Positions 35,826 to 46,045 of a stretch of DNA of 64,000 bases are shown in pieces. Made by a program: the position numbers and the translations under genes. The stretch's first letter is position 1; each line of letters begins with the position of its first letter. The stretch lies in NCBI GenBank assembly GCA_000002435.2, contig CM018789.1. The stretch is one strand, 5' to 3'. This DNA is from Giardia intestinalis (Eukaryota). The notes under the pieces were generated by a model. It ran no database searches and was not told the DNA's origin. It worked only from the letters and a program-made list of their open reading frames with translations.

Positions 35826-38039
35826 TTAAGCATCCTCCTGCTCTGTTATCGCCTTTATCATACTGAGGCACTTCGTCAATGAATCCAAAAGAACCGGAGA
35901 TGATACCAGAGGATCATTATCAAGGTTTGCTACAGAGCCCATCTTTGTGTTCAGAGTAGCTTGAACGATTTCTCCCATTCCCGTTTCACCGACCAGTGAC
36001 GTTACATCCCCACCGCCCCGGAGGTACGGCTTCACAGCGGCTACACGTTGCTCTGCCTTGCCTTCCCGTTCCTGGTACTCAATCTGGCGATCTGCGTCTA
36101 CTGTGTGCATTTTGCTAGCTATTGGAAGATCCTTGAATGTCTGATCAGTCATCCCAGCGAACTCTGGTCGCAGCACGCCCTGCTTGACAAGCTTCATATT
36201 GCGTCTCTGTCTCTCATCCATTCTGTAAGGTTCTCCGTCCTTTACGTTCTTAAGATGCTTATTGTAGTAACATACGCCTAGCTGTGCAGTTGCGTCGAGT
36301 ATAGACTCACCGGGCTTGTAGTTGAGCTTTACCTTCGCTGTCTGGGGCTTTCCTGTGCTCTTTGATCGCGCTTCTGCTGCCATTCGCTCCTTGAACTCGT
36401 CCATCATTTCTTCTCTGTACTTTAAACTGGTGTTTGCCCGCAGAGCATGATATGCATCCTCCCAAATGACATGATCGTCAGGAAAATAGGAAAGGATACG
36501 CTGATTCATTGCGTAGAGCTTTAGATCGTATAGGTACTTAGTTATTATTTTTGTATAGTCGTCTAGCTCGTTGAGAGACCGGACCTTAACAGTGTAGTTT
36601 TCGATGCTATTTTCGATGCTTTCCTTCACAGTTGCTGTCCCATCGTATATGCGTTTGCGTGTCGAGAGCTCGATGGACCTATCGTTCAGCTCTGGCCGAA
36701 ACGTGCATCCAGATGTCTCTTCCTCGGCCCGTTGGCGGTCAATCTCCAGTTGTTTGGCTTGCTTCTTTTCATGAAGCGAATAGAGCTTGTTGCAATGGGA
36801 TATCACCTCATCGTAACCCTTGAAAGAGGAGGTGGACGTTGCTGCGGAGCTAAAGCTAGAACTGGTGCTAGAGGGATTGCGCTGGTAACCAGGTTGGTCA
36901 CAGCGCGGGATAGTTGTTAGCCGCCGGGCCTTCAGCTCTTTCTTGAACATGTAGATACACTTAACGAACGGGACCGTAATGGAACTGGAGCTGCGAAGCC
37001 TTTCAATTGCCACAGACGGGTTAACATATTTATTGTATGACTGTACAATCTCCAGTACATGGCGTGCCATCGCAATACAGAAGGGTTCTACTTCCGAAAC
37101 TGTAAGATAGCTGCTGTCTCCCACCAAAAATCCCTGGTCATCTTCTAGCAATCCATCGAATAGGGAATAAAATCCAAAATATACCATGTTATACGTACAC
37201 ATCTTTAACTGATCTGGAAAATCGACCTTCAACACCACCATTGTCTGCGACGAAGACGGCATATGAGGATCTGAGGTTGATTCTGATTCGAGTGGCTGGT
37301 TATCCTCTGCAGAGAATGCTAGAATGCTTTGTGATCCAGATCTGTTTATGTAAAACGTTGATGGGTGACTAAGCTTCAGGCAATTCAGGACGTGGAACAC
37401 CTGTTGGGTTATATCCGCGTCTGTCATTGGCCGTCCTCTCACCGAGGAAGCGCGGAGCCCGTTAGGGTCACTTGAGAGATAAGATGTGGATGCCTCCACT
37501 CGTGTGCCCTGATGGCGCCTGGGGCCGCCTGTGGAAGGGCGCCACCGAATCATGGACCCTGCTGGAGTTCGCATGAATGAACTGGATCGGCTACTCTGCG
37601 AGGACATAAGGAGCTGCTTGGCAGGGAGCTCACCGGAACGGAGGCTGCGGATTCCTGCGAAGCTGGAGTCTTTCCGGGCATTCTCATCAACACTTTTCTG
37701 CTTGAGTGATTGTGACCGAAGAGGAAGATCGCCTACTGTCGAATCTATCAGAAGCCTGCTAAGGTCATCCTCTAGATAATCGATGGGACTCTCTTCGCGG
37801 CCATATTGGAGGTCATTCGCAAAGTTGACTTTATAGGCCGCATATGGAGAAGTACTTCGTATGGAGGCTTCCTTATATGGAGGGATCCCCGAAGTGCTGG
37901 TGTCCGCTGTCATGGCTCTGATAAACTCCAAAGAGATATCCTGAGAGGTATGTGATGGATAGGATGGTTGGGAGAACCCGCTCGTAGCTGCACGGGCCTC
38001 CGAGACATAGATATCGCTCACTATTTGATCAACTTCCAT
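35826..38039 (-). CDS. Hypothetical protein (large, Ser-rich N-terminal half)
   Basis: 737-aa uninterrupted ATG ORF with start context AATAAAAAAGAATG. No family was recognised. Confidence 0.85.
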   Translation of the reverse strand: MEVDQIVSDIYVSEARAATSGFSQPSYPSHTSQDISLEFIRAMTADTSTSGIPPYKEASIRSTSPYAAYKVNFANDLQYGREESPIDYLEDDLSRLLIDSTVGDLPLRSQSLKQKSVDENARKDSSFAGIRSLRSGELPAKQLLMSSQSSRSSSFMRTPAGSMIRWRPSTGGPRRHQGTRVEASTSYLSSDPNGLRASSVRGRPMTDADITQQVFHVLNCLKLSHPSTFYINRSGSQSILAFSAEDNQPLESESTSDPHMPSSSQTMVVLKVDFPDQLKMCTYNMVYFGFYSLFDGLLEDDQGFLVGDSSYLTVSEVEPFCIAMARHVLEIVQSYNKYVNPSVAIERLRSSSSITVPFVKCIYMFKKELKARRLTTIPRCDQPGYQRNPSSTSSSFSSAATSTSSFKGYDEVISHCNKLYSLHEKKQAKQLEIDRQRAEEETSGCTFRPELNDRSIELSTRKRIYDGTATVKESIENSIENYTVKVRSLNELDDYTKIITKYLYDLKLYAMNQRILSYFPDDHVIWEDAYHALRANTSLKYREEMMDEFKERMAAEARSKSTGKPQTAKVKLNYKPGESILDATAQLGVCYYNKHLKNVKDGEPYRMDERQRRNMKLVKQGVLRPEFAGMTDQTFKDLPIASKMHTVDADRQIEYQEREGKAEQRVAAVKPYLRGGGDVTSLVGETGMGEIVQATLNTKMGSVANLDNDPLVSSPVLLDSLTKCLSMIKAITEQEDA

Positions 38040-38156
38040 TCTTTTTTATTACGCGGAATTCCCTCGGGCGGTCTTGACCGGTTTCACTGCAAAAAATCGC
38101 AGCAGTGATCACAGAAGACCACAGGAGCCGCTTGCCACTTACCTGGACGTTAGTGT

Positions 38157-38462
38157 ATGAATATAGAGCTATTACGTAAGCGTCATCCAGCACTCTCTGT
38201 TGCACAAAAGACATCACGACAAGATCTCGACGGTGTCAATGGCCTAGCAGGCACTCCTGACAATGAATGCATAAGCAAACAATCTGATGAACCAGTGCAG
38301 CCATGTCCCAAAGATAGACGTGACTTGCCCGTCATGAGGGAAGGCTTTGGATACGCCCTTCTGTCATCTATGGGCATTACCGAGGAGACACCGCTGATTG
38401 CATACGAGGGTAAGATTTCAAACACAGACTCGTCCTGCTCCTTACCATCTACAGGCAATTAG
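38157..38462 (+). CDS. Possible small ORF in a 483-bp gap
   Basis: 101-aa ATG ORF without an A/T-rich initiator. It has only a vague G-patch-like string (GFGYALLSSMG). The overlapping minus-strand ORF starts at TTG. Confidence 0.25.
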   Translation: MNIELLRKRHPALSVAQKTSRQDLDGVNGLAGTPDNECISKQSDEPVQPCPKDRRDLPVMREGFGYALLSSMGITEETPLIAYEGKISNTDSSCSLPSTGN

Positions 38463-38522
38463 TTTGTATCTCACTGAGTTTACTACATTTACCTATCACC
38501 GCTAGACTGATGAAGATGACAA

Positions 38523-38894
38523 CTACAAAGATGTAATGTTGAATAGCTGGTAGATGCGGCCAACCTCGACTCCCTTGCGCTCTGCTAAAGCCCCTGCCAG
38601 CATGGTACAGACCTCACGAAGGCGCGAGACTTTGAGCTCCAGCTCTGAATTCCCACTGGACGACCGTGGCTTGCGCTGCTTTGCTTGCTTCTCAAGCCTC
38701 TTGATTTCCGCATCCACCTCAGCCGCAGTTGGTCTAGTTCGTAGAATATTGTACTCGTGGCTCAAAGCATCCACATTATCTGCCACGTCCATATCAACAC
38801 GAAATACGTAGCTCACCCCTGCATGCTCAAACACAACCATATCCGCTTCTAGTGTGTCAGCCGCCTTGTCGAAAACCCGTATGCGTTCGCCCAT
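38523..38894 (-). CDS. Hypothetical small protein
   Basis: 123-aa ATG ORF that starts 15 bp downstream of the preceding gene's stop on the same strand. It has a short coiled-coil-like middle. No family was recognised. Confidence 0.65.
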   Translation of the reverse strand: MGERIRVFDKAADTLEADMVVFEHAGVSYVFRVDMDVADNVDALSHEYNILRTRPTAAEVDAEIKRLEKQAKQRKPRSSSGNSELELKVSRLREVCTMLAGALAERKGVEVGRIYQLFNITSL

Positions 38895-38909
38895 GACTTT
38901 GTAAATAGA

Positions 38910-39368
38910 TTAGCTCTTAATTTTACTAACTCTACGATCCTTCATACCCTCGTCCTCGTGGCGTTTTTTCTCTTTGCGTGAGGACTTGGAGGACTTGGAC
39001 CGCTTCTTCTCTGGCTGCTCGAAGTGTACGTGCTTTTCTTGCTTTAGTGAATGCTTGGTCTTCTGATCTTGCTCCCTCCGCAAGTGCGAGGTTACCCAAT
39101 CTACCTGCCTGCTTGTGGGGATGCTATTTTTAGGATTGGGAAGGCTGCTCCGTGCTGCTGCCATGTCACCTGAAAGGAGCGTGAGTGCACTAGTCAGTGT
39201 ATGCTGCGTGTACTCATCCCCCTTGCTGTGCAGTAGAAGGCTGGTGGAGAGTGGAATCTCGATGGCTTGGAAGCCACTAAAGATAAGCTCGCCTTTACTG
39301 CCTAGCCTAGCACCTGTTGAAAAGAGGGCCTCCGCATTTGTCCCGCGAGGCAAGACCAGCAGCTGCAT
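38910..39368 (-). CDS. Hypothetical protein with Lys/Ser-rich basic tail
   Basis: 152-aa ATG ORF. The C-terminus EKKRSKSSKSSRKEKKRHEDEGMKDRRVSKIKS suggests a nuclear or nucleolar protein. No family was assigned. Confidence 0.65.
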   Translation of the reverse strand: MQLLVLPRGTNAEALFSTGARLGSKGELIFSGFQAIEIPLSTSLLLHSKGDEYTQHTLTSALTLLSGDMAAARSSLPNPKNSIPTSRQVDWVTSHLRREQDQKTKHSLKQEKHVHFEQPEKKRSKSSKSSRKEKKRHEDEGMKDRRVSKIKS

Positions 39369-39405
39369 AGTAGAGGGAGGAGGTGCTTTCTTTTAATTAC
39401 CTCTT

Positions 39406-39431
39406 CTTTTAAACCTCTCTTTTAAACCTCT
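39406..39431. repeat. 13-bp tandem duplication (cttttaaacctct x2) in a promoter spacer
   Basis: Read directly from the sequence. It lies 38-63 bp upstream of the minus-strand ATG at 39368. On that strand it reads AGAGGTTTAAAAG twice, an initiator-like A/T patch. Confidence 0.8.
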
Positions 39432-39578
39432 TTAAAAATTCGGCCTGATGCTCAATTAGCTCTTAATGCTACGTCCTGATACTGAACCAAAACATAAATA
39501 CAGCTACTGTTCAACAATCTACAACTGCTAACCGTTCTAGGTACGAACTACAGCGTCGACATTTTAAATTTATCGACG

Positions 39579-41114
39579 ATGGATAGGCTCATCGCCACAT
39601 TTTCTGGGTTACGCTGGATCCATGACGAGCAATCCTTTGGGCGAATTATGTGTTACGTTACCGCATTCGCCAAGGCTCTTCCACAAATGGTAGACAACTG
39701 CTCTACGACGCGCTCAAAGAAGCTTGTGTACGTTGGGCGAGATGGAAGGAACACTGGGGATGAATACCCTAAGTACATTATCGCAGCCCTCCTTCTGGAA
39801 GGTTTTAACGTTAAATACCTTGACATTGTTCCCACCCCTACAGTGCAGCAGTTGGTCCGTAACTCCCAGTGCGCAGGAGGAGTGATCGCGACTGCTTCTC
39901 ACAATCCCCCCAAGTGGAATGGACTTAAGTTTGTTGGGCCCAGTAGCATATTCCTCACCCCAGACGAGTGTACTCGTGTGTATAGTTGTGTCACCGAAGA
40001 TATGCTTCAAAAGGAGTATCACAGCTTCATGACCAAACATCCACATACAGTGCTAGTACAGGAGATCGCCGATTCCATTCAGAATAAAAAGACGTACACC
40101 CACAATAAGGCGAAAATGGAATATGTGGGGTCTGACGATGCCATAGCTGAGCACATAAAGCATGTTCTTGCACAGACTCCTCTAGTTAATGCTGCCTCCA
40201 TCCGTGAATCAAACTTCTCAATAGGTTTCTCTGGGTGCAATGCGTCTGGTGCCATGTATATCGTCTCTCTATGCGAGCACTTGGGCGTCAGTCTCAAGGT
40301 ACCTTACATGATGGAGCCAGGTCCACTTCCGCTACAGCCAGAGCCTATTCCAGAAAACCTTGTCCAGTTTGGACAGGCTATAAAGGACCAAGGAGACGTC
40401 CACGTGGGATTTGCAGTTGACCCCGATGCTGATAGACTGGTTATTCTTACTGAGACGGGCGTGCCGCTGGGAGAGGACTACACCCTTGCTCTGTGTGTTG
40501 ACTACGCCCTTTCTCTTCAGCCTCCGGGCGAGTATCATATAGTGACGAATATCAGTACATCCCTAGTCGTTGCAGATGCGTGCAGAAAGCATGAGGAAAG
40601 GGGCGTCAAGGGTGTACTGCACTACACCGCAGTAGGAGAGGTCAACGTGGCACTCAAGATGCTTGAACTGGGCGATAGGTGTCTTGTTGGCGGTGAGGGG
40701 AACGGCGGCGTGATGCTTCCGTCTGCGCACATAGGCCGTGACAGCATCGTGGCGATTGTCCTTGTTCTCTCATGGCTTGCTAAGATGCGCAAGCTTCACG
40801 GAGAGAGGCCAATTAGCGAGCTTGTTGCAGAACGATTCCAGAAATACTATATTAAGAAGAACAAGTATACCATAGCACCAGAGAAGCGAGCTAAGCTTGA
40901 CAAGAAGCTGCAGGCCTTGGCGCAAGAAGCCTCCGAGTATGACGTTGACACTGTTGATGGGGTAAAGTTCACATCCGTCAGCTCTCGTAAGTGGGTTCAT
41001 ATGCGCTTTAGCAACACTGAGCCTATTATTCGTATAATTTCAGAGGCACCGTCTGAAGACGAGGCGGTCGAACTGATTAAGAATTATGAGAAGGCGCTTT
41101 CTTTGATTACCTAA
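39579..41114 (+). CDS. Alpha-D-phosphohexomutase (phosphoglucomutase/phosphomannomutase family)
   Basis: 511 aa. The active-site loop is IATASHNPPKWNGLKF (TASHNP phosphoserine), the Mg-binding loop is GFAVDPDADRL, and the sugar-binding loop is GGEGNGG. Start context ATTTTAAATTTATCGACGATG. Confidence 0.92.
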   Translation: MDRLIATFSGLRWIHDEQSFGRIMCYVTAFAKALPQMVDNCSTTRSKKLVYVGRDGRNTGDEYPKYIIAALLLEGFNVKYLDIVPTPTVQQLVRNSQCAGGVIATASHNPPKWNGLKFVGPSSIFLTPDECTRVYSCVTEDMLQKEYHSFMTKHPHTVLVQEIADSIQNKKTYTHNKAKMEYVGSDDAIAEHIKHVLAQTPLVNAASIRESNFSIGFSGCNASGAMYIVSLCEHLGVSLKVPYMMEPGPLPLQPEPIPENLVQFGQAIKDQGDVHVGFAVDPDADRLVILTETGVPLGEDYTLALCVDYALSLQPPGEYHIVTNISTSLVVADACRKHEERGVKGVLHYTAVGEVNVALKMLELGDRCLVGGEGNGGVMLPSAHIGRDSIVAIVLVLSWLAKMRKLHGERPISELVAERFQKYYIKKNKYTIAPEKRAKLDKKLQALAQEASEYDVDTVDGVKFTSVSSRKWVHMRFSNTEPIIRIISEAPSEDEAVELIKNYEKALSLIT

Positions 41115-41214
41115 GGTCTAGACTAAGGTCTAGAGATGCACACACCTGTGAAGCAGCTCAAGCTTTTGGTAAATTCTCCTCGTTTTATTTCTGTTTAAAA
41201 AAGGCGAAAATTAG

Positions 41215-42180
41215 ATGCCCAGAGAGCCAGTCTCCACAGCAAAGATCTTTGGCGACCAGCCAGAGCAGGCCAGGGATCATGCAGTGAAAGTACGGAATAA
41301 TCTCCAATGGCTAGAGGCTTTATTAGACGAGCTAGCACATTTTGCTGCCTCTGCCCGCAGGCTCAGTCATATAGCGTCTTCAATTCCGCACCCAAACATT
41401 TTAGGAATGGATATGACTAACTTTTACAACGCATGTCAGGTGCTACAGATGGCAGGAGTGAAGCTTAGCTCTGTAGCCAACACCCAATCCAGAGCTAGGA
41501 TCCACAACGCAGTCGCTAATTTTACCGGCGAGCTGTCTCGTGCATCGTCAAATATATATTTAGAAAGCAAGAGGAGAGCAGGCAATAGGCCATTCCTTAG
41601 CAGCTCCAAGAGCCCTGAGGCGTCCACCAGTGGCAGCAAACATATCATAGACCATATGCCAAGGATTTTGGAAATGCTGGAGGCGGCGGATTGCGAGGCC
41701 TCCAATCTGTTTGAAAGAAACCTTCAGGAACTTATGGAGGCTATGAAATCGTTTACAGAAGTGGCTAGCAAGGCTGCAGAGATTCTCTCCACAGAGGTTA
41801 ACTCTGCTGATTTGGGTGCTGCCATGGAGGGGTTTTTGGTGGCAGGAGAAAGACGCCAGCTTCCAGTGGACTGCCTCGACTACCGAGCCGGGTATGCTCC
41901 GGTGTTGTACAACGATGAAGATAACGATGATTATATCATCAATGCATATAACAGGAACTCTGTGAACCCAGTATCTGCCCTATCTGCGCGTGAGAGCCTG
42001 TCAGGGAGCGGTCTGGGAAGTTCTTACAAAGCACGATCTCCTGCATTCGGTAGCAAGGGGCCACGCTCTCCGTCTTCGAAGACGACATCACTACTTCAGA
42101 TTATCATGCAACGACAACAGAATCCTCACGAGTGCGACGAGTTGGAAGAGGAAGAGGAAGAGAGGTCCAGCAGCGGCTAG
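41215..42180 (+). CDS. Hypothetical protein with acidic C-terminus
   Basis: 321-aa ATG ORF with start context TTTAAAAAAGGCGAAAATTAGATG. No family was recognised. Confidence 0.75.
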   Translation: MPREPVSTAKIFGDQPEQARDHAVKVRNNLQWLEALLDELAHFAASARRLSHIASSIPHPNILGMDMTNFYNACQVLQMAGVKLSSVANTQSRARIHNAVANFTGELSRASSNIYLESKRRAGNRPFLSSSKSPEASTSGSKHIIDHMPRILEMLEAADCEASNLFERNLQELMEAMKSFTEVASKAAEILSTEVNSADLGAAMEGFLVAGERRQLPVDCLDYRAGYAPVLYNDEDNDDYIINAYNRNSVNPVSALSARESLSGSGLGSSYKARSPAFGSKGPRSPSSKTTSLLQIIMQRQQNPHECDELEEEEEERSSSG

Positions 42181-44504
42181 GCGTCTGTCGTTTGCTTGCT
42201 AACAACACTTAGTTTTGCGATTAACCTTTTTGTCACAGCAGTGAGGTTTGCCTTATCATTTTTAAGAGCTTCTATCTCCGATCGCAGTGCAGCTATCTCT
42301 GCAGAAGAGCCAGAGTCCTCTCTTTTCCCGCTACTACTGTGTAAACCTCCTAGCTCGGCTCTCAGTTTGTCATTTTCTTCTTTGTATGCTAGAAGCTTAT
42401 CATTCGTTACTCGTTTCATTGTCTCATATCTCTCTGTAGCTTGTTCAAACATTGTCTTAAATTGCTGCTGCTTGCTTTCGTACTTGTCGAGGCGGTCCAT
42501 CATGGTTCTGTCGCGCTCTTTCAGGGCTTGATATTTTTCTGTCAGTCTGTCGAAGCCACTCTTCAAGGAGTCAAGCTCTCCTTGCAGTGCTAGGTTTTGG
42601 AGATAGAGCTGTGTAGAGGCGCCTGTGGAAACAGACTCTGTCTGCATGTTCAGCAGTGTGTCATTGTAGTTGTTGATCTTCTCCACATATTCCCGAATCT
42701 GTAGTTTGGCGCTATTGAGTTGGGCTTCCAAGTCTTTGTTTGTTTGACGAAGAGCGTTAAGTTCTTCCATGCTAGAATAATTGCTTTGCAAACCCAGTGG
42801 CCTCTGCAGAGACTCACCACGCTCTACCGTGTCCTTCCTATCTATGGAGTAGCCTGTGTAACCAGCGGAGTTGGGGACAGTGCCACCATGGCCTGAAAGA
42901 CCTGCATAGCTCGATATCCCCATGCCTGGAGAGGCCATAGATACCGACTGGGATGGACCTATGGGAGGGACGCCCATCACACCCGTGACGCGCCTGCTTG
43001 CATTAGTCTTGCCCAAGTTGTTGACATAGGAGAGTATATCGTCCATATTCATGGTTTCATTTGCATCTGAGGCATACACGCTCTGTGAAGACACCAGGTT
43101 TCGGGCTTGTTCCAGAAGATTCATAGTTGTATCTGCATCTTGCGGTGCTTGGCTTTCATTGAAGAACGTTGGTCCCAGACTTGCTTCACGTATAAACTGC
43201 TCAAGAGCATCTCCTGGTGTCTTCACTACAGGCTGGGACTTCTTTGCAAAGGGCGGTGTGGATGTATGAATGACTGGTGCAACCTTGTGTGTCGAATTGG
43301 CCACGTTATCAAGTGCTGCGTTCACATCAGCCACTCCAATCATATCTTCGATACTTTCCCGAGCAGATGGTGTCGCGCTCAGGCCACTCATGGCTCCGAT
43401 GATGCTTGCCCCACCAGTGGACCCAAAGGTGACGACAGGATGGGAGTTCATTTCTTCTTGAATGGATGGTCGGAAGGACTGGAGGGAGTGACCAGTCATG
43501 GAGGCACTCTGTGGCGGAAGAAACGTAGAGCCAGACCCTAATTCTGGCTGATGGTGGCGTAGGTCTGGGATGGATGTAGGGGCCTTACCAGGGGTAGAGG
43601 TGATATTGATAGAGTTCTCATCAAATTTGACTGTCTTTGATAGAGTGCCAACAAGCTTCGACGATGTTCCATAGAGAGAGGTGTTGCTATCAGCACCCCT
43701 AACGGAGAACATGCCGCAGAGAATCCTTGCATATGCCTCTACTCCCTTTGCAGAAAATGTCTTTGTGTCGTATCCGCCTGCCGAAACTGCTTGCGCGGCC
43801 ATGGACGAGAGGCCATAATGCACCGTGCTTTCGCAGGCAAGCTCCAGTATCTGCTGCTTCACCTCCAACGGAAGAGGAGACGTGTTTTCTGGTTCGTCAC
43901 AGATCGCCGAGAACTTCTCTTTGAAGAAGTTGGAGTACTGCTGGTCAAAAATGAAGAGTAGTATAGCTTCCCAGGCTGCTTGGGACAGCGGAACCTCTTG
44001 ACAGATTGTATACACACAGTCCATCGCCTGATTCGAACGATCCCGAAGGCAATATGCTAGGATCTCGTGTGCTACCGGTGCAATATGAAGGGGGGAAACT
44101 TTAGAGAATTCTATCAGAATTGAAGACAAGAACGGTGTAAAGGTCTTTCGCTTTTCGTGTAGCTGCTTCATCAGTGGCTGAATTGACCCTGGGACCAGGA
44201 TAGAAATGTACGGCCTCATGTCGTCCTTCGTTAAATGGTCGTTGATATAGATCAAGGCCTGCAGGCGGACAAACCAATGCATTCGGTTGCTGTCAAGGCT
44301 CTGAAACCTCTGTGTAAGGTGAGTAAGCTTATCCCCTGCAATAGCCTTGTCTACAAGGGGCGGAGTGGGAAGAGTCGCCGAAGGAGCTACTGAGAGGTAT
44401 GCACGAGCCTGTGACAAGAGGTCTACCTCAGCAGTTGGCTGCATGTCTACGAGGCTGACCCGGGAGTTGCGTAGAAAGGAGGTTTCGGGCGCCTTTCCAT
44501 CCAT
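42177..44504 (-). CDS. Hypothetical protein with C-terminal coiled coil
   Basis: 775-aa ATG ORF. The C-terminal ~200 aa are heptad-rich (LNALRQTNKDLEAQLNSAKLQIREYVEKINNY...LRSEIEALKNDKANL). The N-terminal part looks helical-repeat-like. Confidence 0.85.
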   Translation of the reverse strand: MDGKAPETSFLRNSRVSLVDMQPTAEVDLLSQARAYLSVAPSATLPTPPLVDKAIAGDKLTHLTQRFQSLDSNRMHWFVRLQALIYINDHLTKDDMRPYISILVPGSIQPLMKQLHEKRKTFTPFLSSILIEFSKVSPLHIAPVAHEILAYCLRDRSNQAMDCVYTICQEVPLSQAAWEAILLFIFDQQYSNFFKEKFSAICDEPENTSPLPLEVKQQILELACESTVHYGLSSMAAQAVSAGGYDTKTFSAKGVEAYARILCGMFSVRGADSNTSLYGTSSKLVGTLSKTVKFDENSINITSTPGKAPTSIPDLRHHQPELGSGSTFLPPQSASMTGHSLQSFRPSIQEEMNSHPVVTFGSTGGASIIGAMSGLSATPSARESIEDMIGVADVNAALDNVANSTHKVAPVIHTSTPPFAKKSQPVVKTPGDALEQFIREASLGPTFFNESQAPQDADTTMNLLEQARNLVSSQSVYASDANETMNMDDILSYVNNLGKTNASRRVTGVMGVPPIGPSQSVSMASPGMGISSYAGLSGHGGTVPNSAGYTGYSIDRKDTVERGESLQRPLGLQSNYSSMEELNALRQTNKDLEAQLNSAKLQIREYVEKINNYNDTLLNMQTESVSTGASTQLYLQNLALQGELDSLKSGFDRLTEKYQALKERDRTMMDRLDKYESKQQQFKTMFEQATERYETMKRVTNDKLLAYKEENDKLRAELGGLHSSSGKREDSGSSAEIAALRSEIEALKNDKANLTAVTKRLIAKLSVVSKQTTDA

Positions 44505-44709
44505 ATCACTAGATATTTTTGAATTTTATTTTCAGGAGAGAGTACCAGGTAGTGCGGCAGCACAGACCGACACTGACACGACGATGCTGCGACCATATGA
44601 CTTTCTTCGTACTTCACGCAACTTCAATGCACTGATTAGTTTCTAAAAAGTTCCACGTATAATTTTATCAAAATATAAAATTATACTTTTACTTCCTGAA
44701 TTAAGAGAT

Positions 44710-45087
44710 ATGGATGCACTGCCGTCCATCTGTACTCTGTCCTACGGGAACACTGTGGTAAACGTGCAGCACTTGCCATTCCACGTGGGGAGCAGCCCAA
44801 ACATGGATCTCCAGATAGGGGAGGACTTTTTTTCCTCACACCAGTTTTCCCTCTCAACAGATATCACAGGAAGGCTCCATGCATGTGTCGTTGATCCCTC
44901 TGGCCTGTACGTTGACGGCGTTTATTACCCCAACAACTCTCCCCGCATTCTCTTGCAGAAGAGTTCCACCGTAGGAACCCAAAAGTTACAGCTCAACGTT
45001 GTCCAAACGGGGTCTCCCTCAGTGATCGAGCGTCCTGTTGGCTTTGTCAGCGAGAAGGTCCTTTCATATGTGGGCTTCAACCAGTGA
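44710..45087 (+). CDS. Hypothetical small protein, possibly FHA-like
   Basis: 125-aa ATG ORF. LPFHVGSSPNMDLQIGEDFFSSHQFSL...VDPSGLYVDGVYY loosely fits the FHA pattern (iGR----di-l-d--iSr-Ha-i ... d-S-nGt-vNG). The call is weak. Confidence 0.55.
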   Translation: MDALPSICTLSYGNTVVNVQHLPFHVGSSPNMDLQIGEDFFSSHQFSLSTDITGRLHACVVDPSGLYVDGVYYPNNSPRILLQKSSTVGTQKLQLNVVQTGSPSVIERPVGFVSEKVLSYVGFNQ

Positions 45088-46024
45088 AGTTTATAGCAAT
45101 CCTATAGATCCAGATGCCCACTATCCCCAAAAGCACGAGTATTATGGTTATCCATACGCATTTTCCGATGCTGGCAACCTTCTTTCTGACGTCAGCGGTT
45201 GACTTATGCAGCTCCTTGACGTCGGTGACTGCGGTTTCCATTTTCTCGTCAACAACCTCAATTACCTCTCCAATTTGATTAAGCTTCTCTTCAATCTGAT
45301 TTGTCTGTGCTTTAGCACGATTAACAGCACCTATTAGTATCTTAAGATCTTCGTTAAACTCTTGCTCCATGCTTGCAAGTTTGTCCCGAGCCTCCTCTGC
45401 GTTAGCATGGACAGGCAGGAGCTCGTCTATCTTGCTCATCTTTGTCCCAGAGCTCCCAAACAATGGGGCAGAAGGAACCATGGGCGAACCAATGTCTGTC
45501 CGTTGGAATGCGCGTTCACGCTCTTCTTCCGTGAAGGCCCTGCAGTAGTCATCTATCAAAGCAGCCATCTCCTTGCATTCCTGGCAGTTCTTTTGGGCGA
45601 GCGCGCGAGCATCACCGGAGCTGCTGTTTAGTTCGCGCTCACATTTTCTTTCTAGCTCTCGGAACTGGTCAACATTTTCCTTAAGCCCCCGAATTTTCTC
45701 TCTTATCTCTTGCGAAAGAAAGGGTATCTTTGTGTTAGATGGGTTCCTCTTGATCATTGCATCACGCTCTTCCAGGGATTTACGTAGTTCATTGATGTGC
45801 AGTTGCGAGATAATGCGAAGGTTCTCTATTATGTCTGCCTCTTTCTGCTCAATCCCCGCATCCCGCTCCTGTAGATCCTTCACACTGCTCTGGTATGGCT
45901 CCCCGGCCGCCTCCTCGTAGATGCGTAAGAGACGTTCTCGAACAGAGTACATCAGCTTTTTTACCAGCTCTGCTTTTTCTTTCTCTTTTGCAAGTATGTT
46001 CAAATATTTATTGCACATTGCCAT
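45077..46024 (-). CDS. Tail-anchored coiled-coil protein, syntaxin-like Qa-SNARE candidate
   Basis: 315 aa from the ATG at 46024 (upstream TTTAGAAAATGGAATAATG). An alternative ATG at 46090 would overlap the divergent neighbour. The SNARE-like heptads NQIGEVIEVVDEKMETAVTDVKELHKSTADVRKK resemble [31 protein letters not shown]. A terminal TM helix follows (CVWITIILVLLGIVGIWIY). Confidence 0.75.
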   Translation of the reverse strand: MAMCNKYLNILAKEKEKAELVKKLMYSVRERLLRIYEEAAGEPYQSSVKDLQERDAGIEQKEADIIENLRIISQLHINELRKSLEERDAMIKRNPSNTKIPFLSQEIREKIRGLKENVDQFRELERKCERELNSSSGDARALAQKNCQECKEMAALIDDYCRAFTEEERERAFQRTDIGSPMVPSAPLFGSSGTKMSKIDELLPVHANAEEARDKLASMEQEFNEDLKILIGAVNRAKAQTNQIEEKLNQIGEVIEVVDEKMETAVTDVKELHKSTADVRKKVASIGKCVWITIILVLLGIVGIWIYRIAINFTG

Positions 46025-46045
46025 TATTCCATTTTCTAAATTGAA
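46025..46045. promoter_or_regulatory. 21-bp A/T-rich spacer between divergent start codons
   Basis: tattccattttctaaattgaa lies between CAT (46022-46024) and ATG (46046). Confidence 0.5.

Noticed and set aside
38183-38458. 91-aa minus-strand ORF in the 483-bp gap
   Set aside because: It starts at TTG, and the first ATG leaves a short peptide with no motif. The overlapping plus-strand ATG ORF is kept only at low confidence.
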